NCBI GenBank assembly: GCA_965238175.1
Contig: CBDEGZ010000003.1
Location: 2,272,001 to 2,336,000 of the forward strand
DNA: 64,000 bases
Direction of reading: 5' to 3'
Source of the DNA: Gammaproteobacteria bacterium
GTDB lineage: Bacteria; Pseudomonadota; Gammaproteobacteria; CAJXQU01
Position 1 is the stretch's first letter. The number at the start of each line of letters is the position of its first letter. Under the pieces are notes generated by a model that saw only the letters and a program-made list of their open reading frames with translations, made no database searches and had not been told where the DNA came from. Positions 41,547 to 53,671 of this stretch are shown here, piece by piece. Made by a program: the position numbers and the translations under genes.

Positions 41547-43361
41547 ATGGATCTGAAGTACGACATTTCCGGCGCACAAACTGATGGCGCTCGCGACTAT
41601 CAAGAAGATTCTTTTCTCACTTCTTACATACAAGCTGGTGAAAATGACGATCAAGTTACTTTAACCATTGTTGCTGATGGCATGGGTGGCCACGCCGCAG
41701 GAAATGTCGCAAGTAACCTTGCTGTCCAATCTTTCAATCAATATATTACAACCAACTACCCTGCTGATTCTATTCCAACACTTTTAAAAAGTGCGCTTGA
41801 TGAAGCCAATCAGGCTATTGCGAAAACCATAAGGGAAACAGCAGCACTTAAAGGTATGGGTTGTACCTTAGTAGCAGCACTTTTCATTAATCAGAAAATG
41901 TACTGGATCAGTGTTGGAGATAGCCATCTATTTCTTGTCCAAAGTGATGTTTTAAATAAGAAAAATGCCGATCATAGTTATGGTGGCTATCTAGACAAAA
42001 TGGCAGCAGAAGGGAATCAGGTTAAGGACAACAACAGCTATTCTCGGCATATGTTATTAAGTGCACTGACTGGAGAATCAATTCCAGCGATAGACTGTCC
42101 TGAACAGCCAGTCGAACTTAAAAATGGAGATCAAATCCTGCTTTGTTCTGATGGCATTGACACGCTTGATCAAAAAACTATCGAATCCCAATGTCTTATA
42201 ACTAAAGACGCAAAAAAGTTGACAAAAAAACTATTACGAGTAGTAGAAGATTTCCAACAACCTAAACAAGACAATACAACAATACTGGCCGTATGCTTAA
42301 CATCAAAAAACAATCCGAAAATTGCTTTATCTCCGATCAAGGCTGAGCAAAATTTTAATCCTATATCGAATAAAATAAAATCTCCTACAAGCATTCAAAA
42401 ACCGCTCACACCTCTCATTGAAGCAAAACTTAGTCGGCGAAAAAACAACGGATCTTCATTTTTATCCTGGCTATTCTTTCTCCTCGTTATCTCCGGGTTG
42501 GGAACCGGAGCGTGGTGGTATTTGAACGAAAACAAAGCCGTTATCCCAGAGCTATTACGCGAACAGGAAACGATAGCAAGTTCTCCAATACCTCCGATCA
42601 CCACCAAGACGAGTAAAAGCACTAAATCGACTAAGAAGGCCCGCACACACAAAATCATCAAGTTCAAAAATAAACTTTCAAAGGGCATCTATTCGCCAGA
42701 AATGGTTTGGATCCCTGCAGGCAGTTTCTGGATGGGCGGATCTGGAAGTTATCCACCAGTCAATGAACAACCCTACCATAAAGTAACAATTGCTAGATTC
42801 GCAATTAGTAGCAAGGAGATCACAAGAGGGGAGTTTTCTAAATATAGTGGTATTACTGTTTCCAATGCAAACAAAAACCAACCTATACGAAATGTCTCTT
42901 GGGAAACCGCAAAGAAATATACTCAATGGTTATCCAAGCAAAGCGGTAAACGTTACCGTTTGCCCAGTGAAGCAGAATGGGAATATGCCGCTCGAGCCGG
43001 AACGAAATCTCTTTACTGGTGGGGTGATAAGGTAGGGATCCATAACGCACTCTGTGTAGGGTGTACCTCTCCTCTGGAGCCAACCAGACCTAACGAAGTC
43101 GGTTCGTACCCCGCTAATGCTTTTGGATTAAGCGATACAGCTGGAAATGTCGCAGAATGGGTTGAAGATTGTTATCACGGCAATTACGACGGCGCGCCCT
43201 CAGATGGAAGTATTTGGAATAAGCAAGGCTGTAAAGTTCGTGTGATCCGTGGTGGATCCTATTTCAATGCTACGAAATCATTATACGTTTCACGCCGAGA
43301 CAAACTTCCACAGAAAAATGCAAATGTAACAGTCGGATTTCGGATAGTCAGAGAAAAATAG
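41547..43361 (+). CDS. PP2C Ser/Thr phosphatase - TM - FGE-sulfatase (SUMF1) domain fusion
   Basis: RDYQED, VADGMGGH, MGCTL, VGDSH, LCSDG, DNTT; TM near aa 305-325; FGE motifs RLPSEAEWEYAARAG, GNVAEW, RGGSY, GFR. Confidence 0.88.
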   Translation: MDLKYDISGAQTDGARDYQEDSFLTSYIQAGENDDQVTLTIVADGMGGHAAGNVASNLAVQSFNQYITTNYPADSIPTLLKSALDEANQAIAKTIRETAALKGMGCTLVAALFINQKMYWISVGDSHLFLVQSDVLNKKNADHSYGGYLDKMAAEGNQVKDNNSYSRHMLLSALTGESIPAIDCPEQPVELKNGDQILLCSDGIDTLDQKTIESQCLITKDAKKLTKKLLRVVEDFQQPKQDNTTILAVCLTSKNNPKIALSPIKAEQNFNPISNKIKSPTSIQKPLTPLIEAKLSRRKNNGSSFLSWLFFLLVISGLGTGAWWYLNENKAVIPELLREQETIASSPIPPITTKTSKSTKSTKKARTHKIIKFKNKLSKGIYSPEMVWIPAGSFWMGGSGSYPPVNEQPYHKVTIARFAISSKEITRGEFSKYSGITVSNANKNQPIRNVSWETAKKYTQWLSKQSGKRYRLPSEAEWEYAARAGTKSLYWWGDKVGIHNALCVGCTSPLEPTRPNEVGSYPANAFGLSDTAGNVAEWVEDCYHGNYDGAPSDGSIWNKQGCKVRVIRGGSYFNATKSLYVSRRDKLPQKNANVTVGFRIVREK

Positions 43362-43396
43362 TTTTTTTTTTAAAACTTTTGAGTTTACTTCAACAT

Positions 43397-43650
43397 TTAA
43401 CGGTCACTATGACCAAGTGATTTATCCGGTATAATTTGATCATGGCTCACTTACATAATTTCTTATGATGCTGGAAAGCGATCTTGTTCATTCACGTGCC
43501 AATAAAACTTCTCCATCCAAGCCTGATTTAAGAACAAGCTCTCCTGTCTCCCTTGCCAAATGTGATTGAAACCTCTTACGTTAACCAACTGGATCACAAA
43601 ATAAAATGACACTTTGAGCAATACTCTATCTCCACAAGTGATTTGAACAT
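43397..43650 (-). pseudogene. SelT/SelW/SelH (Rdx) family pseudogene
   Basis: MFKSLVEIEYCSKCHFIL*SSWLT*EVSITFG / ELVLKSG..LDGEVLLAR / DRFPAS*EIM*..PDKSLGHSDR*; several stops and frameshifts. Confidence 0.8.
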
Positions 43651-43722
43651 TACCTTTTTATCTTCATTAATAGATCTAATATAACGTGTAAATTTATAGG
43701 TAAACAATTTGATCAGTTTTCA

Positions 43723-43747
43723 AATCCCGACTAATATAGTCAGGATT
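43723..43747. promoter_or_regulatory. IscR type-1-like box upstream of grxD
   Basis: AATCCCGACTAATATAGTCAGGATT (CYGACT-N5-AGTCRG palindrome). Confidence 0.6.
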
Positions 43748-43785
43748 AATCTGGGTTATCAGATCAAAACTAGACAGGATTTAAA

Positions 43786-44100
43786 ATGGATATTATAGAA
43801 AAAATCAAAGAAACCGTAGAAAGCACACCTATTGTATTATTTATGAAAGGCAATCCTCAGTTTCCACAATGTGGGTTTTCTGCAAAGACAGTCGAAGCAC
43901 TAAAAAGCTGTGAAGTAGAATTTTCATACGTAGATGTTTTAGAAGAACCTTCCGTTCGACAAAATCTACCAAAATATTCTGAGTGGCCTACATTCCCGCA
44001 ATTATTTGTTGGAGGAGAATTGGTCGGTGGTTGTGATATTGTGCTCGAATTGCATGAACAAGGTGAATTACAACAAATCACTAAGAATGCAATCTCTTAA
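43786..44100 (+). CDS. grxD: Monothiol glutaredoxin Grx4
   Basis: MKG.PQFPQCGFS, WPTFPQL, GGCD. Confidence 0.96.
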   Translation: MDIIEKIKETVESTPIVLFMKGNPQFPQCGFSAKTVEALKSCEVEFSYVDVLEEPSVRQNLPKYSEWPTFPQLFVGGELVGGCDIVLELHEQGELQQITKNAIS

Positions 44101-44186
44101 CAAAGATAATAGCTGATAGAGCTATCTGACCAAAAAACTTACGCTAACACAAGAAAGGTATGTAATTCAGTCTGGCAAAACTGTCA

Positions 44187-45542
44187 TCAGGCAGCCAGGG
44201 CTGAAATTGCACCTTTGACTGCCTCTGCTAATTCATTAGCCAGTTGTTTAACTTGTTTACCATCTTGACCTTCAACCATCACTCTTACCAGAGGTTCAGT
44301 CCCTGAAGGTCGAAGCAATACTCTACCCGTGTCACCCAGTTGAGCTTCAGTTTCCTGTACAGCAGCCTTAACCTCATCAATAGTCATAACATCAACCTGT
44401 TTACTCAAGCGGACATTAACTAGGGTTTGGGGATATTTGTTCATTCCTGATTTGAGGTTATTTAGTGTTTGGCCAGATCGTACCATTGCATCAAGAACTT
44501 GTAATGCTGAAACAACACCATCACCTGTTGTTGTCATATCCAGGCATATTAAATGTCCCGATGACTCACCACCTAACGTCCAATCGTTAACACGTAACAT
44601 TTCCATAATGTGCCGATCACCAACATTTGCTCGTTTAAAGTCTAAACCTAATGTTCGAATAGCATGCTCAAGACCGAGATTACTCATTAAAGTACCTACT
44701 ACAGCCCCATTCATACCTCGAGTTCGTTGCCGTTCACGAGCAATGATAAACAAGAGTTCATCACCATCTAAAACTTCTCCATGGTGATCAACCATTATTA
44801 ATCGATCGCCATCGCCATCAAGTGCAATTCCAAGATCAGCACCCTGTGCAAGTACAGCAGCTTGTAACGCATCTGGGCATGTAGCTCCGCAGTCGTCGTT
44901 AATATTCAAACCATTTGGAGAAACACCGATAGTAACAATATCAGCTCCTAGTTCTGCAAATACATCAGGGGCTATTTTATAGGTAGCACCATTTGCACAG
45001 TCGACAACTATTTTAAGGCCATTAAGATTAGCCCCTATGCCAAACGTACTTTTGCAAAATTCAATATAACGTCCTTCTGGATCTCTTACTCTATGCGCTT
45101 TACCAAGCTCTTTTGAAGGTGCAACTTTCATTGGTCGTTCAATCATAGACTCAATAGCTAACTCAATATCGTCGGCCAATTTCCGACCATCTCCCGAAAA
45201 AAATTTAATACCATTATCTTGATACGGATTATGAGAGGCGCTAATAACAATGCCAGCTTGAGCACGGAAAGTTCTAGTGAGGTAAGCTACACCAGGCGTT
45301 GGCATAGGTCCAAGGAGCATACTATCCACACCAGCGGCAGATAAACCAGCTTCTAATGCTGATTCGAACATATAACCGGAAATACGCGTATCTTTTCCAA
45401 TCAAGACACGACTATTACCCTGTTCAGCAAGTACTTGTCCGGCAGCCCAGCCAAGTTTCATTACAAAATCCGGACTTATCGGTGACGTACCCACTTCGCC
45501 ACGTATGCCATCAGTTCCGAAATATTTCCTGTTATTTGTCAT
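44187..45542 (-). CDS. glmM: Phosphoglucosamine mutase
   Basis: [34 protein letters not shown]. Confidence 0.97.
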   Translation of the reverse strand: MTNNRKYFGTDGIRGEVGTSPISPDFVMKLGWAAGQVLAEQGNSRVLIGKDTRISGYMFESALEAGLSAAGVDSMLLGPMPTPGVAYLTRTFRAQAGIVISASHNPYQDNGIKFFSGDGRKLADDIELAIESMIERPMKVAPSKELGKAHRVRDPEGRYIEFCKSTFGIGANLNGLKIVVDCANGATYKIAPDVFAELGADIVTIGVSPNGLNINDDCGATCPDALQAAVLAQGADLGIALDGDGDRLIMVDHHGEVLDGDELLFIIARERQRTRGMNGAVVGTLMSNLGLEHAIRTLGLDFKRANVGDRHIMEMLRVNDWTLGGESSGHLICLDMTTTGDGVVSALQVLDAMVRSGQTLNNLKSGMNKYPQTLVNVRLSKQVDVMTIDEVKAAVQETEAQLGDTGRVLLRPSGTEPLVRVMVEGQDGKQVKQLANELAEAVKGAISALAA

Positions 45543-45714
45543 TAATGTTGTCTCCTGACCTATTCTTGCTAATGGTCATTCTATATATAACGACCATTCC
45601 AACAAAAAAATTACACCCTAATCAAATCAATCTAATTAGAAGAGAGCTTCTCAATCATGGATACTACATAAGTATTGGGCCCAAGAAAGTAAATTTCAGA
45701 AACATCAGAAAATC

Positions 45715-47655
45715 TTAATGAGAACTCGCAGGATCACCTATTTGATCGTCACCAGAGTTCTCATCTTTTTTATCAACTTTTAGTCCGGAGCCATCAGCCG
45801 TATCAATATCATCATCGTCGGACCAGTCAGATGGTGGCTTTGGGATCTTACCTTCCATAATTTGATCAATTTGTTTAGAGTCAATGGTTTCATACTTCAA
45901 CAAAGTTTCAGCCATTAAATGCAGCTTATCGATATTCTCCTCCAACAACTTTTCGGCTCGTTGATAATTTCTATCTATAAACCCTCGTATCTCTTCATCG
46001 ATAGCTCGAGAAGTTCCATCAGAAACCTGCTTATGTTGTGTTACCGAACGACCAAGGAAAACCTCACCTTCATCTTCAGAATAAGTTAGCGGACCTAAAC
46101 GCTCAGAAAGACCCCATTTTGTGACCATGTTTCTAGCAATTTCAGTTGCCCTTTCAATATCATTAGATGCTCCTGTCGTCACATGATCAACACCAAAGAT
46201 CATTTCCTCAGCAATACGGCCACCGTACATACTGGAGATCTGACTCTCAAGACGTTCTTTACTATAACTAACACGATCTTCTTCAGGTAAAAACATTGTC
46301 ACACCAAGTGCACGTCCTCGCGGAATGATACTGACCTTATAAACCGGATCATGCGAGGGTACCAACCTACCGACTATGGCATGACCTGCTTCATGGTATG
46401 CAGTCAATTTCTTTTCTGCTTCACCCATGACCATAGATTTACGTTCTGCACCCATCATGATTTTATCTTTAGCTTTTTCAAACTCTTCCATATTGACGAA
46501 CTTTTTATCTGCCCTAGCTGCAAACAAAGCAGCTTCATTGACCAAGTTTGCCAGGTCAGCACCAGAAAAACCGGGTGTTCCTCTTGCTAACACACCTGGT
46601 TTAACGTTTTCTCCAATAGGTACTTTCCTCATATGAACGCGCAGAATTTGATCACGACCACGAATATCAGGAAGCGGCACAACCACTTGTCGATCAAAAC
46701 GTCCTGGTCTGAGAAGTGCGGAGTCAAGTACGTCTGGTCGGTTTGTCGCTGCGATAACAATAACGCCCTCATTACCTTCAAAACCATCCATTTCAACTAA
46801 TAATTGGTTGAGTGTTTGCTCACGTTCATCATGCCCCCCTCCGAGTCCTGCACCACGTTGACGCCCTACAGCATCAATCTCGTCAATAAAGATAATGCAT
46901 GGCGAATGCTTTTTAGCCTGCTCAAACATATCTCTTACACGCGAAGCACCAACACCGACAAACATTTCAACAAAATCAGATCCCGAGATTGTGAAAAAGG
47001 GTACTTTTGCTTCACCTGCAATAGCTTTGGCTAAAAGCGTTTTACCTGTTCCCGGCGAACCTACCATGAGGACGCCACGTGGGATCTTTCCGCCTAGCTT
47101 TTGAAATTTACCGGGATCTCGTAAGAACTCAACTAACTCAGAAACTTCTTCTTTAGCCTCTTCAATGCCAGCTACATCGCTAAAAGTAACGCGTATTTGA
47201 TCTTCACCCAATAATTTTGCTCGGCTTTTACCAAATGACATCGCACCTCGTCCACCGCCACCGCCTTGCATCTGACGCATAAAAAATATCCAGACACCAA
47301 TTAATAGCAAGATAGGAAACCATGAAATCAAGATCTGTAATAAAATGCTCTCTTTTTCAGGCGGTGTAGATTGAATTTTCACATTGTTTTTCAACAAATC
47401 CCCAATCAAAGCATCGTTATCCGTTTCAGGGTTATATGTTCTGAAATATGAACCATCAGCTTTCTTGCCAATAATTGTGCTTTCACGCTTATCGATTAAA
47501 ACTTCGGCGATCTGCCCACTTTTCACATCCGAAATGAATTCGGAATACCCAAGGTCCTGACTTGTCTTTTGTGATGTTTCAAAGTTATTAAAAACCATCA
47601 TCAAAACTAAAGCGATGACGATCCAGAGGATCAGATTTCTTGCCATATCATTCAT
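45715..47655 (-). CDS. ftsH: ATP-dependent zinc metalloprotease FtsH
   Basis: Two TMs, [28 protein letters not shown]. Confidence 0.98.
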   Translation of the reverse strand: MNDMARNLILWIVIALVLMMVFNNFETSQKTSQDLGYSEFISDVKSGQIAEVLIDKRESTIIGKKADGSYFRTYNPETDNDALIGDLLKNNVKIQSTPPEKESILLQILISWFPILLLIGVWIFFMRQMQGGGGGRGAMSFGKSRAKLLGEDQIRVTFSDVAGIEEAKEEVSELVEFLRDPGKFQKLGGKIPRGVLMVGSPGTGKTLLAKAIAGEAKVPFFTISGSDFVEMFVGVGASRVRDMFEQAKKHSPCIIFIDEIDAVGRQRGAGLGGGHDEREQTLNQLLVEMDGFEGNEGVIVIAATNRPDVLDSALLRPGRFDRQVVVPLPDIRGRDQILRVHMRKVPIGENVKPGVLARGTPGFSGADLANLVNEAALFAARADKKFVNMEEFEKAKDKIMMGAERKSMVMGEAEKKLTAYHEAGHAIVGRLVPSHDPVYKVSIIPRGRALGVTMFLPEEDRVSYSKERLESQISSMYGGRIAEEMIFGVDHVTTGASNDIERATEIARNMVTKWGLSERLGPLTYSEDEGEVFLGRSVTQHKQVSDGTSRAIDEEIRGFIDRNYQRAEKLLEENIDKLHLMAETLLKYETIDSKQIDQIMEGKIPKPPSDWSDDDDIDTADGSGLKVDKKDENSGDDQIGDPASSH

Positions 47656-47725
47656 TAAATAAAATACCCCGTATGGACAGCCATTTGTAACAGATATCCA
47701 ACATAGAAAGAACTACCTATATCAA

Positions 47726-48349
47726 CTATACATTAAATGACCTTCCAATCACATAAAGCTCACTGGAACGATCTCGCGAAGATTTTGGTTTCTTTATAAC
47801 CACATTTTTAAATTGGCTACGCACATTTTTGGTAAATTCATCAAACCCTTCGCCCTGAAATGCTTTAGTAATAAAATCACCTTGCGGTTTTAAAATCTGA
47901 TTTGCACAATCCAACGCCAATTCTATAAGCGCCATACCTCTAGGTTGATCAATAGATTTCATACCACTCATATTGGGTGCCATATCTGAAATAACAAGGT
48001 CTACCTTGTTGTTGTCTATACTATTTAAGAGTTGATCAAGCACAGATTGTTCCAAAAAATCACCTTGAATAATAGTTGTGTTTTTAAGTGGGGTCATTTC
48101 GAGAAGATCTAAGGCGTAGACGTGACCAGTTTCGCCAACTAAATTTGAAGCTATCTGAGTCCATCCACCTGGCGCAGCACCGAGATCGACAATGTTCATT
48201 CCTGACTTAATGAGTCGGGTTTTATCCTGAATTTCCAGCAGTTTATAAGCAGCTCGTGATCGATAGCCGTCTTTTCTCGACGCTAGAACGTATTGATCTG
48301 ATTCATGCTCTTTAAGCCACCTTTGACTACTTCCGCCTTTCTTACTCGT
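47726..48349 (-). CDS. rlmE: 23S rRNA Um2552 methyltransferase RlmE (probable ACG start at 48349)
   Basis: Open frame upstream of the ORF-track ATG encodes [20 protein letters not shown]; [24 protein letters not shown]. Confidence 0.92.
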   Translation of the reverse strand, partial: TSKKGGSSQRWLKEHESDQYVLASRKDGYRSRAAYKLLEIQDKTRLIKSGMNIVDLGAAPGGWTQIASNLVGETGHVYALDLLEMTPLKNTTIIQGDFLEQSVLDQLLNSIDNNKVDLVISDMAPNMSGMKSIDQPRGMALIELALDCANQILKPQGDFITKAFQGEGFDEFTKNVRSQFKNVVIKKPKSSRDRSSELYVIGRSFNV

Positions 48350-48818
48350 AGCTAATCTCCAGAATTTCGTATTCTATTTGTCCACCAGGTGCATTCACTT
48401 CAATGACATCTTCTTCTTCTTTACCGATCATTGCTCTGGCAATGGGTGATTGGACAGAGATCCGGCCGGCTTTTATATCTGCCTCGTCTTCACCCACTAT
48501 CTGATAAACAATTTCAGATTCATCTTCTAAATGTAAAAGCTTAACTGACGCGCCAAAGACAATTTTCCCATCTGCATTAACTTCTTTAGGATCAATAATC
48601 ACCGCATTCGACATTTTGCCCTCAATATCTGCGATCCGCCCTTCGGTAAAGCTCTGCTGTTCACGTGCGGCATGATATTCAGCATTTTCTTTAAGATCAC
48701 CATGTTCACGAGCAGTTGCTATATCCTTAATAATCTTGGGTCTTGCAACTTTCTTTAACTCGTTAAGCTCTTCCTTGAGTTTTTCCGCACCCCTTAATGT
48801 CATTGGTGATTTATTCAT
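48342..48818 (-). CDS. greA: Transcription elongation factor GreA
   Basis: [32 protein letters not shown]. Confidence 0.97.
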   Translation of the reverse strand: MNKSPMTLRGAEKLKEELNELKKVARPKIIKDIATAREHGDLKENAEYHAAREQQSFTEGRIADIEGKMSNAVIIDPKEVNADGKIVFGASVKLLHLEDESEIVYQIVGEDEADIKAGRISVQSPIARAMIGKEEEDVIEVNAPGGQIEYEILEISYE

Positions 48819-51800
48819 TTAACCTACACTCCCATGCAAATTCTGCAGACAGTTAACCCGTAAAACATCTTCTTCTTTCATTGCCTGTACCATCGCATAA
48901 GCACCCGCTATTGTGGTTGTATAGGGAACCTTATGCACGAGCGCCGATCCGCGAATGGTATAAGAATCCGAAATAGCCTGTTTTTTCTCACTGGTTGTAT
49001 TAACGATAAAATTGATCTCATCATTTTTGATCAAATCGACAATGTGCGGCTGACCTTCTAAAACTTTATTGATCACTTTACAACCTATCCTGGCATCAGA
49101 CAAACTTTGTTGAGTACCGCTAGTTGCCATCAGATCGAAACCTAAATCTTCAAGTTGACGGGCCACTTCAATCGCCCTTGCTCGATCGCTTTTACGTACA
49201 CTAATAAAGGCACTGCCTCTGGTTGGAAGTTCAACACCTGCAGCTTGTTGCGATTTAGCAAAAGCCTCTCCAAATGTTTCACCAACGCCCATAACCTCAC
49301 CGGTGGATTTCATTTCAGGACTTAATAAAGGGTCAACTCCAGGGAATTTCACGAAAGGAAAAACCGCTTCTTTGACCGAATAATAAGATGGCACTTTCTC
49401 TTCAGTCATACCTTGTTGTTTAAGAGTTTTACCCACCATACAGGCAGCTGCTATATTTGCTAGTGGCAAACTGGTAGCTTTAGACACAAATGGAGCGGTT
49501 CGCGATGCACGCGGATTGACTTCAAGAACATAGATGTCTTCACCTTGAATAGCAAACTGTACATTCATCAGACCAACCACTTTCAAAGCAAGTGCCATCG
49601 CGCGAGTTTGTTTTTTGATCTCCTCTTGAATTTCAGCACTCAAATGGTGCGGTGGCAAAGAACACGCAGAATCTCCAGAATGAACCCCCGCTTCTTCAAT
49701 ATGCTCCATTATGCCGCCGATCAAAACGTCTTCACCATCACAAATAGCATCAACATCAACCTCTACGGCTTGATTCAAAAATCGATCTAACAAAACAGGC
49801 GCATCATTTGAGACAGCTACTGCGCCAGCCATATATTTACGTAGATCAACTTCGTTGTAGACTATCTCCATACCTCGCCCACCCAATACGTAAGATGGTC
49901 TAACAACTAATGGATATCCTACTTCTTCAGCGCCTATCACCGCATCGTCGATATTACTTGCGGTTCTATTATCTGGTTGTTTCAGGTTCAGTTCTTGAAG
50001 CATTTTCTGGAAACGTTCACGATCTTCAGCCAAATCGATTGAATCGGGTGATGTTCCAATAATAGGAGCACCGGCTTCTTCTAACGCATTTGCAAGTTTT
50101 AAGGGGGTTTGCCCACCATACTGAACAATAATGCCTTTCGGTTGTTCAAGATGAATAATTTCTAATACATCTTCAAGTGTTAATGGTTCAAAAAAGAGTC
50201 GATCAGAGGTGTCATAGTCGGTTGAAACGGTTTCCGGATTACAATTGACCATGATGGTCTCATAACCAAGATCTCGCATGGTAAATGCCGCTTGTACACA
50301 GCAGTAATCAAATTCGATACCTTGTCCGATCCGATTTGGCCCACCACCCAGCACCATGATCTTTTCCTTATCAGTTGGTGCAGCTTCACATTCTTCTTCA
50401 TAGGTGGAATACATATAAGCTGTGCTTGAGGCAAACTCAGCAGCACAGGTATCAACACGTTTATAGACGGGTCTAATTTCAAGTTGATGCCTCAAATTAC
50501 GTACTTTAGATTCACCCACTCCTGTAAGCGCGGCGAGACGCGAATCGGCAAAACCCTTCCTTTTAAGGTTTCTAAGTCGTTCTTCATTGAACCCGGAGAA
50601 ACCATCGCTCTTAATTAGTGATTCTTCTTTGATCAGATCTTCAATCTGAATCAAAAACCAGGGATCAATCTTACAATGATCAAAAACCTCTTCCAACGTC
50701 ATTCCATAGCGAAAGGCATCACCAACATACCAAAGTCGATTAGATCTTGGAACACGCATTTCTTTGATCAGTTCGGCCTCTAAGTCCTCACTTTCAGAAT
50801 TAGCAACTTCGACCAAGCCATCCATACCTACTTCCAGCCCACGAATAGCTTTCTGTAGTGACTCCTGAAGAGTTCGTCCAATAGCCATGACTTCACCTAC
50901 AGATTTCATCTGTGTGGTCAGGCGGTCATCGGCTTGAGGAAATTTCTCGAAGGTGAAACGAGGTATCTTGGTAACGACATAATCGATCGATGGTTCAAAT
51001 GAAGCCGGTGTCACACCACCCGTTATTTCGTTTTCAAGTTCGTCCAATGTGTAACCAACGGCAAGTTTCGCTGCCACTTTTGCAATTGGGAAACCTGTCG
51101 CTTTTGATGCAAGTGCAGAAGATCTAGAAACGCGAGGATTCATTTCGATAATGATCATCGCACCGTTTTCAGGATTAATCGCAAACTGAACATTTGATCC
51201 GCCCGTTTCAACACCAATTTCACGCAAAACCGCTAATGAGGCATTCCGCATGATCTGATATTCCTTGTCAGTCAAGGTTTGGGCTGGAGCGACAGTAATT
51301 GAATCACCGGTATGAACGCCCATTGGATCAAGATTTTCAATGGCGCAGATAATGATGCAATTATCGTTTCGATCACGAACCACCTCCATTTCATACTCTT
51401 TCCAGCCCAATACAGACTCTTCAAGTAAAATCTCAGTTGTACGCGATGCATCAAGACCACGTTTGCAGATCGCATCAAACTCTTCTCGATTAAACGCAAT
51501 ACCACCGCCCGTTCCACCCATCGTGAAAGAAGGTCGTATTATTATCGGAAAACCGATTTCCGATTGCGCGTGATAAGCCTCTTCCATATTATGTGCAGCA
51601 AATGCTCTAGGCGTATTCAAACCAATTTTGGTCATGGCAGCACGAAATTTTTCTCTATCTTCGGCCTTATCTATTGCTTCACGAGTCGCGCCGATCAATT
51701 CCACACCAAATTTTTCAAGCACCCCTTCACTTTCGAGATCTAGTGCACAATTTAATGCCGTTTGCCCACCCATGGTCGGCAATAATGCATCAGGACGTTC

Positions 51801-52040
51801 CTTTTCGATAATATTTGCCACATTCTGCCAATAGACCGGCTCAATATAAGTCGCATCGGCCATGTCCGGATCCGTCATGATCGTAGCTGGATTAGAATTA
51901 ACCAGAATGACTCTATAACCCTCTTCTTTCAATGCTTTACATGCTTGAGTTCCAGAATAATCGAACTCGCATGCTTGCCCTATAACAATAGGACCTGCCC
52001 CAACGATGAGGATACTTTTTATATCAGTACGTTTCGCCAT
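48819..52040 (-). CDS. carB: Carbamoyl-phosphate synthase large subunit
   Basis: [15 protein letters not shown], duplicated ATP-grasp domains, MGS domain. Confidence 0.98.
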   Translation of the reverse strand: MAKRTDIKSILIVGAGPIVIGQACEFDYSGTQACKALKEEGYRVILVNSNPATIMTDPDMADATYIEPVYWQNVANIIEKERPDALLPTMGGQTALNCALDLESEGVLEKFGVELIGATREAIDKAEDREKFRAAMTKIGLNTPRAFAAHNMEEAYHAQSEIGFPIIIRPSFTMGGTGGGIAFNREEFDAICKRGLDASRTTEILLEESVLGWKEYEMEVVRDRNDNCIIICAIENLDPMGVHTGDSITVAPAQTLTDKEYQIMRNASLAVLREIGVETGGSNVQFAINPENGAMIIIEMNPRVSRSSALASKATGFPIAKVAAKLAVGYTLDELENEITGGVTPASFEPSIDYVVTKIPRFTFEKFPQADDRLTTQMKSVGEVMAIGRTLQESLQKAIRGLEVGMDGLVEVANSESEDLEAELIKEMRVPRSNRLWYVGDAFRYGMTLEEVFDHCKIDPWFLIQIEDLIKEESLIKSDGFSGFNEERLRNLKRKGFADSRLAALTGVGESKVRNLRHQLEIRPVYKRVDTCAAEFASSTAYMYSTYEEECEAAPTDKEKIMVLGGGPNRIGQGIEFDYCCVQAAFTMRDLGYETIMVNCNPETVSTDYDTSDRLFFEPLTLEDVLEIIHLEQPKGIIVQYGGQTPLKLANALEEAGAPIIGTSPDSIDLAEDRERFQKMLQELNLKQPDNRTASNIDDAVIGAEEVGYPLVVRPSYVLGGRGMEIVYNEVDLRKYMAGAVAVSNDAPVLLDRFLNQAVEVDVDAICDGEDVLIGGIMEHIEEAGVHSGDSACSLPPHHLSAEIQEEIKKQTRAMALALKVVGLMNVQFAIQGEDIYVLEVNPRASRTAPFVSKATSLPLANIAAACMVGKTLKQQGMTEEKVPSYYSVKEAVFPFVKFPGVDPLLSPEMKSTGEVMGVGETFGEAFAKSQQAAGVELPTRGSAFISVRKSDRARAIEVARQLEDLGFDLMATSGTQQSLSDARIGCKVINKVLEGQPHIVDLIKNDEINFIVNTTSEKKQAISDSYTIRGSALVHKVPYTTTIAGAYAMVQAMKEEDVLRVNCLQNLHGSVG

Positions 52041-52049
52041 CTTTGTGGG

Positions 52050-53204
52050 TTAGCTCCTTACCTGTGACATAAGATTAATAAAATGATCAAACAGTGATTG
52101 AATATCATGTGGGCCGGGACTTGCTTCGGGATGCCCCTGAAAACCGAATGCTGGATATTCAGTATGATGTACACCTTGTAAGGAACCATCGAATAATGAT
52201 CGATGTGTCGGTTTAAGATTTGCAGGCAAACTTTGTTCATCCACCGCAAAACCATGATTCTGACTAGTAATCATCACATTTTTAGCTTTTAGATCCTGTA
52301 CAGGATGATTTGCACCATGATGACCAAATTTCATTTTGATCGTTTTTGCACCACAGGCCAGTGATAACAATTGATGGCCTAGACAAATACCAAACGTTGG
52401 CATGCCAGAAGATATGATCTTACTAATAGCTTGAATCGCATAATCACATGGTTCTGGATCACCGGGACCATTTGAAAGGAAGACGCCATCAGGATCCATT
52501 GCCAGTACCTCTTCCGCAGGTGTTTTAGCCGGTACGATTGTCAATTCACAACCACGATCAATTAATAAGCGAAGAATATTACGTTTCACGCCAAAATCGT
52601 AAGCGACGACTTTCCATTTCGGCTTTTCTGTTGATAGTGGATGATCGTCCGATTCAAGTACCCAAGTACTTGCAGACCATTTATAAGATGTTTCAGTAGT
52701 CACGTCTTGAGCTAGATCTAATCCCTTGAGGCCAGGAAACTCTTTCGCTTTTGCCAAAGCATGGACATGCGCAGCAGACGTACTCGCATTTTCTTCCCCA
52801 GCGATGACACAACCTCTTTGGGCCCCTTTCTCACGTAAAATTCTAGTCAATCGGCGAGTATCAATCCCCGCTATGGAAACTACATTATTCTTCTTAAGAT
52901 ATTCACCTAAAGACATTGAAGCACGCCAGTTACTATGCAGCATAGAAAGATCGCGAATAACCAGAGCACTTGCATGTACCTGCGCTGATTCTTCATCCCC
53001 TTCATTGGTTCCTGTATTACCAATATGAGGATAAGTAAGAGTAACTATCTGTTGACAATAAGATGGATCAGTCAAAATCTCCTGGTATCCCGTCATTGCT
53101 GTATTGAAAACAACTTCACCAACAACACAACCAGGCGCGCCAATAGAAATACCACTAAATTCACTACCATCTTCGAGTACTAACAAGGCGGGTTGTTGGG
53201 TCAA
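52050..53204 (-). CDS. carA: Carbamoyl-phosphate synthase small subunit (TTG start at 53204 after GGAG)
   Basis: [38 protein letters not shown]. Confidence 0.96.
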   Translation of the reverse strand: MTQQPALLVLEDGSEFSGISIGAPGCVVGEVVFNTAMTGYQEILTDPSYCQQIVTLTYPHIGNTGTNEGDEESAQVHASALVIRDLSMLHSNWRASMSLGEYLKKNNVVSIAGIDTRRLTRILREKGAQRGCVIAGEENASTSAAHVHALAKAKEFPGLKGLDLAQDVTTETSYKWSASTWVLESDDHPLSTEKPKWKVVAYDFGVKRNILRLLIDRGCELTIVPAKTPAEEVLAMDPDGVFLSNGPGDPEPCDYAIQAISKIISSGMPTFGICLGHQLLSLACGAKTIKMKFGHHGANHPVQDLKAKNVMITSQNHGFAVDEQSLPANLKPTHRSLFDGSLQGVHHTEYPAFGFQGHPEASPGPHDIQSLFDHFINLMSQVRS

Positions 53205-53248
53205 GTTTAACTCCAAAGTTCTATTGAAATTCCATGCTTCAGATGTAG

Positions 53249-53285
53249 AAAAACGGGAGTTGCCCACAAGACCCGTCCCGTTTTT
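53249..53285 (-). terminator. Terminator/attenuator-like hairpin in the carA leader
   Basis: AAAAACGGGA...TCCCGTTTTT between the promoter and the carA start. Confidence 0.6.
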
Positions 53286-53297
53286 AAAATTTCTCGA

Positions 53298-53326
53298 ATT
53301 CTACTTCAAAGGACTATTTCTGTCCA
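53298..53326 (-). promoter_or_regulatory. Sigma-70 promoter of carAB
   Basis: TGGACA-N17-TAGAAT. Confidence 0.6.
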
Positions 53327-53364
53327 CGACAATTCCAGATTAAGTATATAAAGATTATCGGTAA

Positions 53365-53660
53365 ACCCATGGTGCATTTAGACGATGACAATTTTCAGAT
53401 GGTTGAACCATTGAAAAATAGTTAACACCATAATTTTCGCCAGTACTCTCGTCGAAAAGCCTTGAAACGATTTGCCATAATTACGTCCGTTCATAAATGG
53501 GTCACACAGCTGAGAGAAAAGTGTCTCAATACCTTTTCTTGCCTTTTTGAACATGAAGTTGAATGGTTTGAAATCCGTTTGATTTTTACGTTTAGGTGTT
53601 GCTACGCTAATAATACATTTGAAAAATCTGGATGTGGGTATAACTTATCATGCCCCTTCT
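53365..53660 (-). mobile_element. IS982-family remnant (3' end of transposase plus right end)
   Basis: Reads TPKRKNQ..FKKARKGIETLFSQLCDPFMNGRNYGKSFQGFSTRVLAKI, then TAAATGCACCATGGGT (IS982-type ..GGGT terminus); left boundary approximate. Confidence 0.75.
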
Positions 53661-53671
53661 AAAAATTGGAT

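Noticed and set aside
43200-43361. FGE/CLec C-terminus as a diversity-generating retroelement target
   Set aside because: No template repeat or reverse transcriptase seen in the window
43590-43650. In-frame TGA in the SelW-like gene as selenocysteine
   Set aside because: The TGA is at a conserved Arg position, not in CxxC, and TAA stops and frameshifts also occur; it is a pseudogene
45543-45714. folP remnant between ftsH and glmM
   Set aside because: No recognisable DHPS peptide noticed in this spacer
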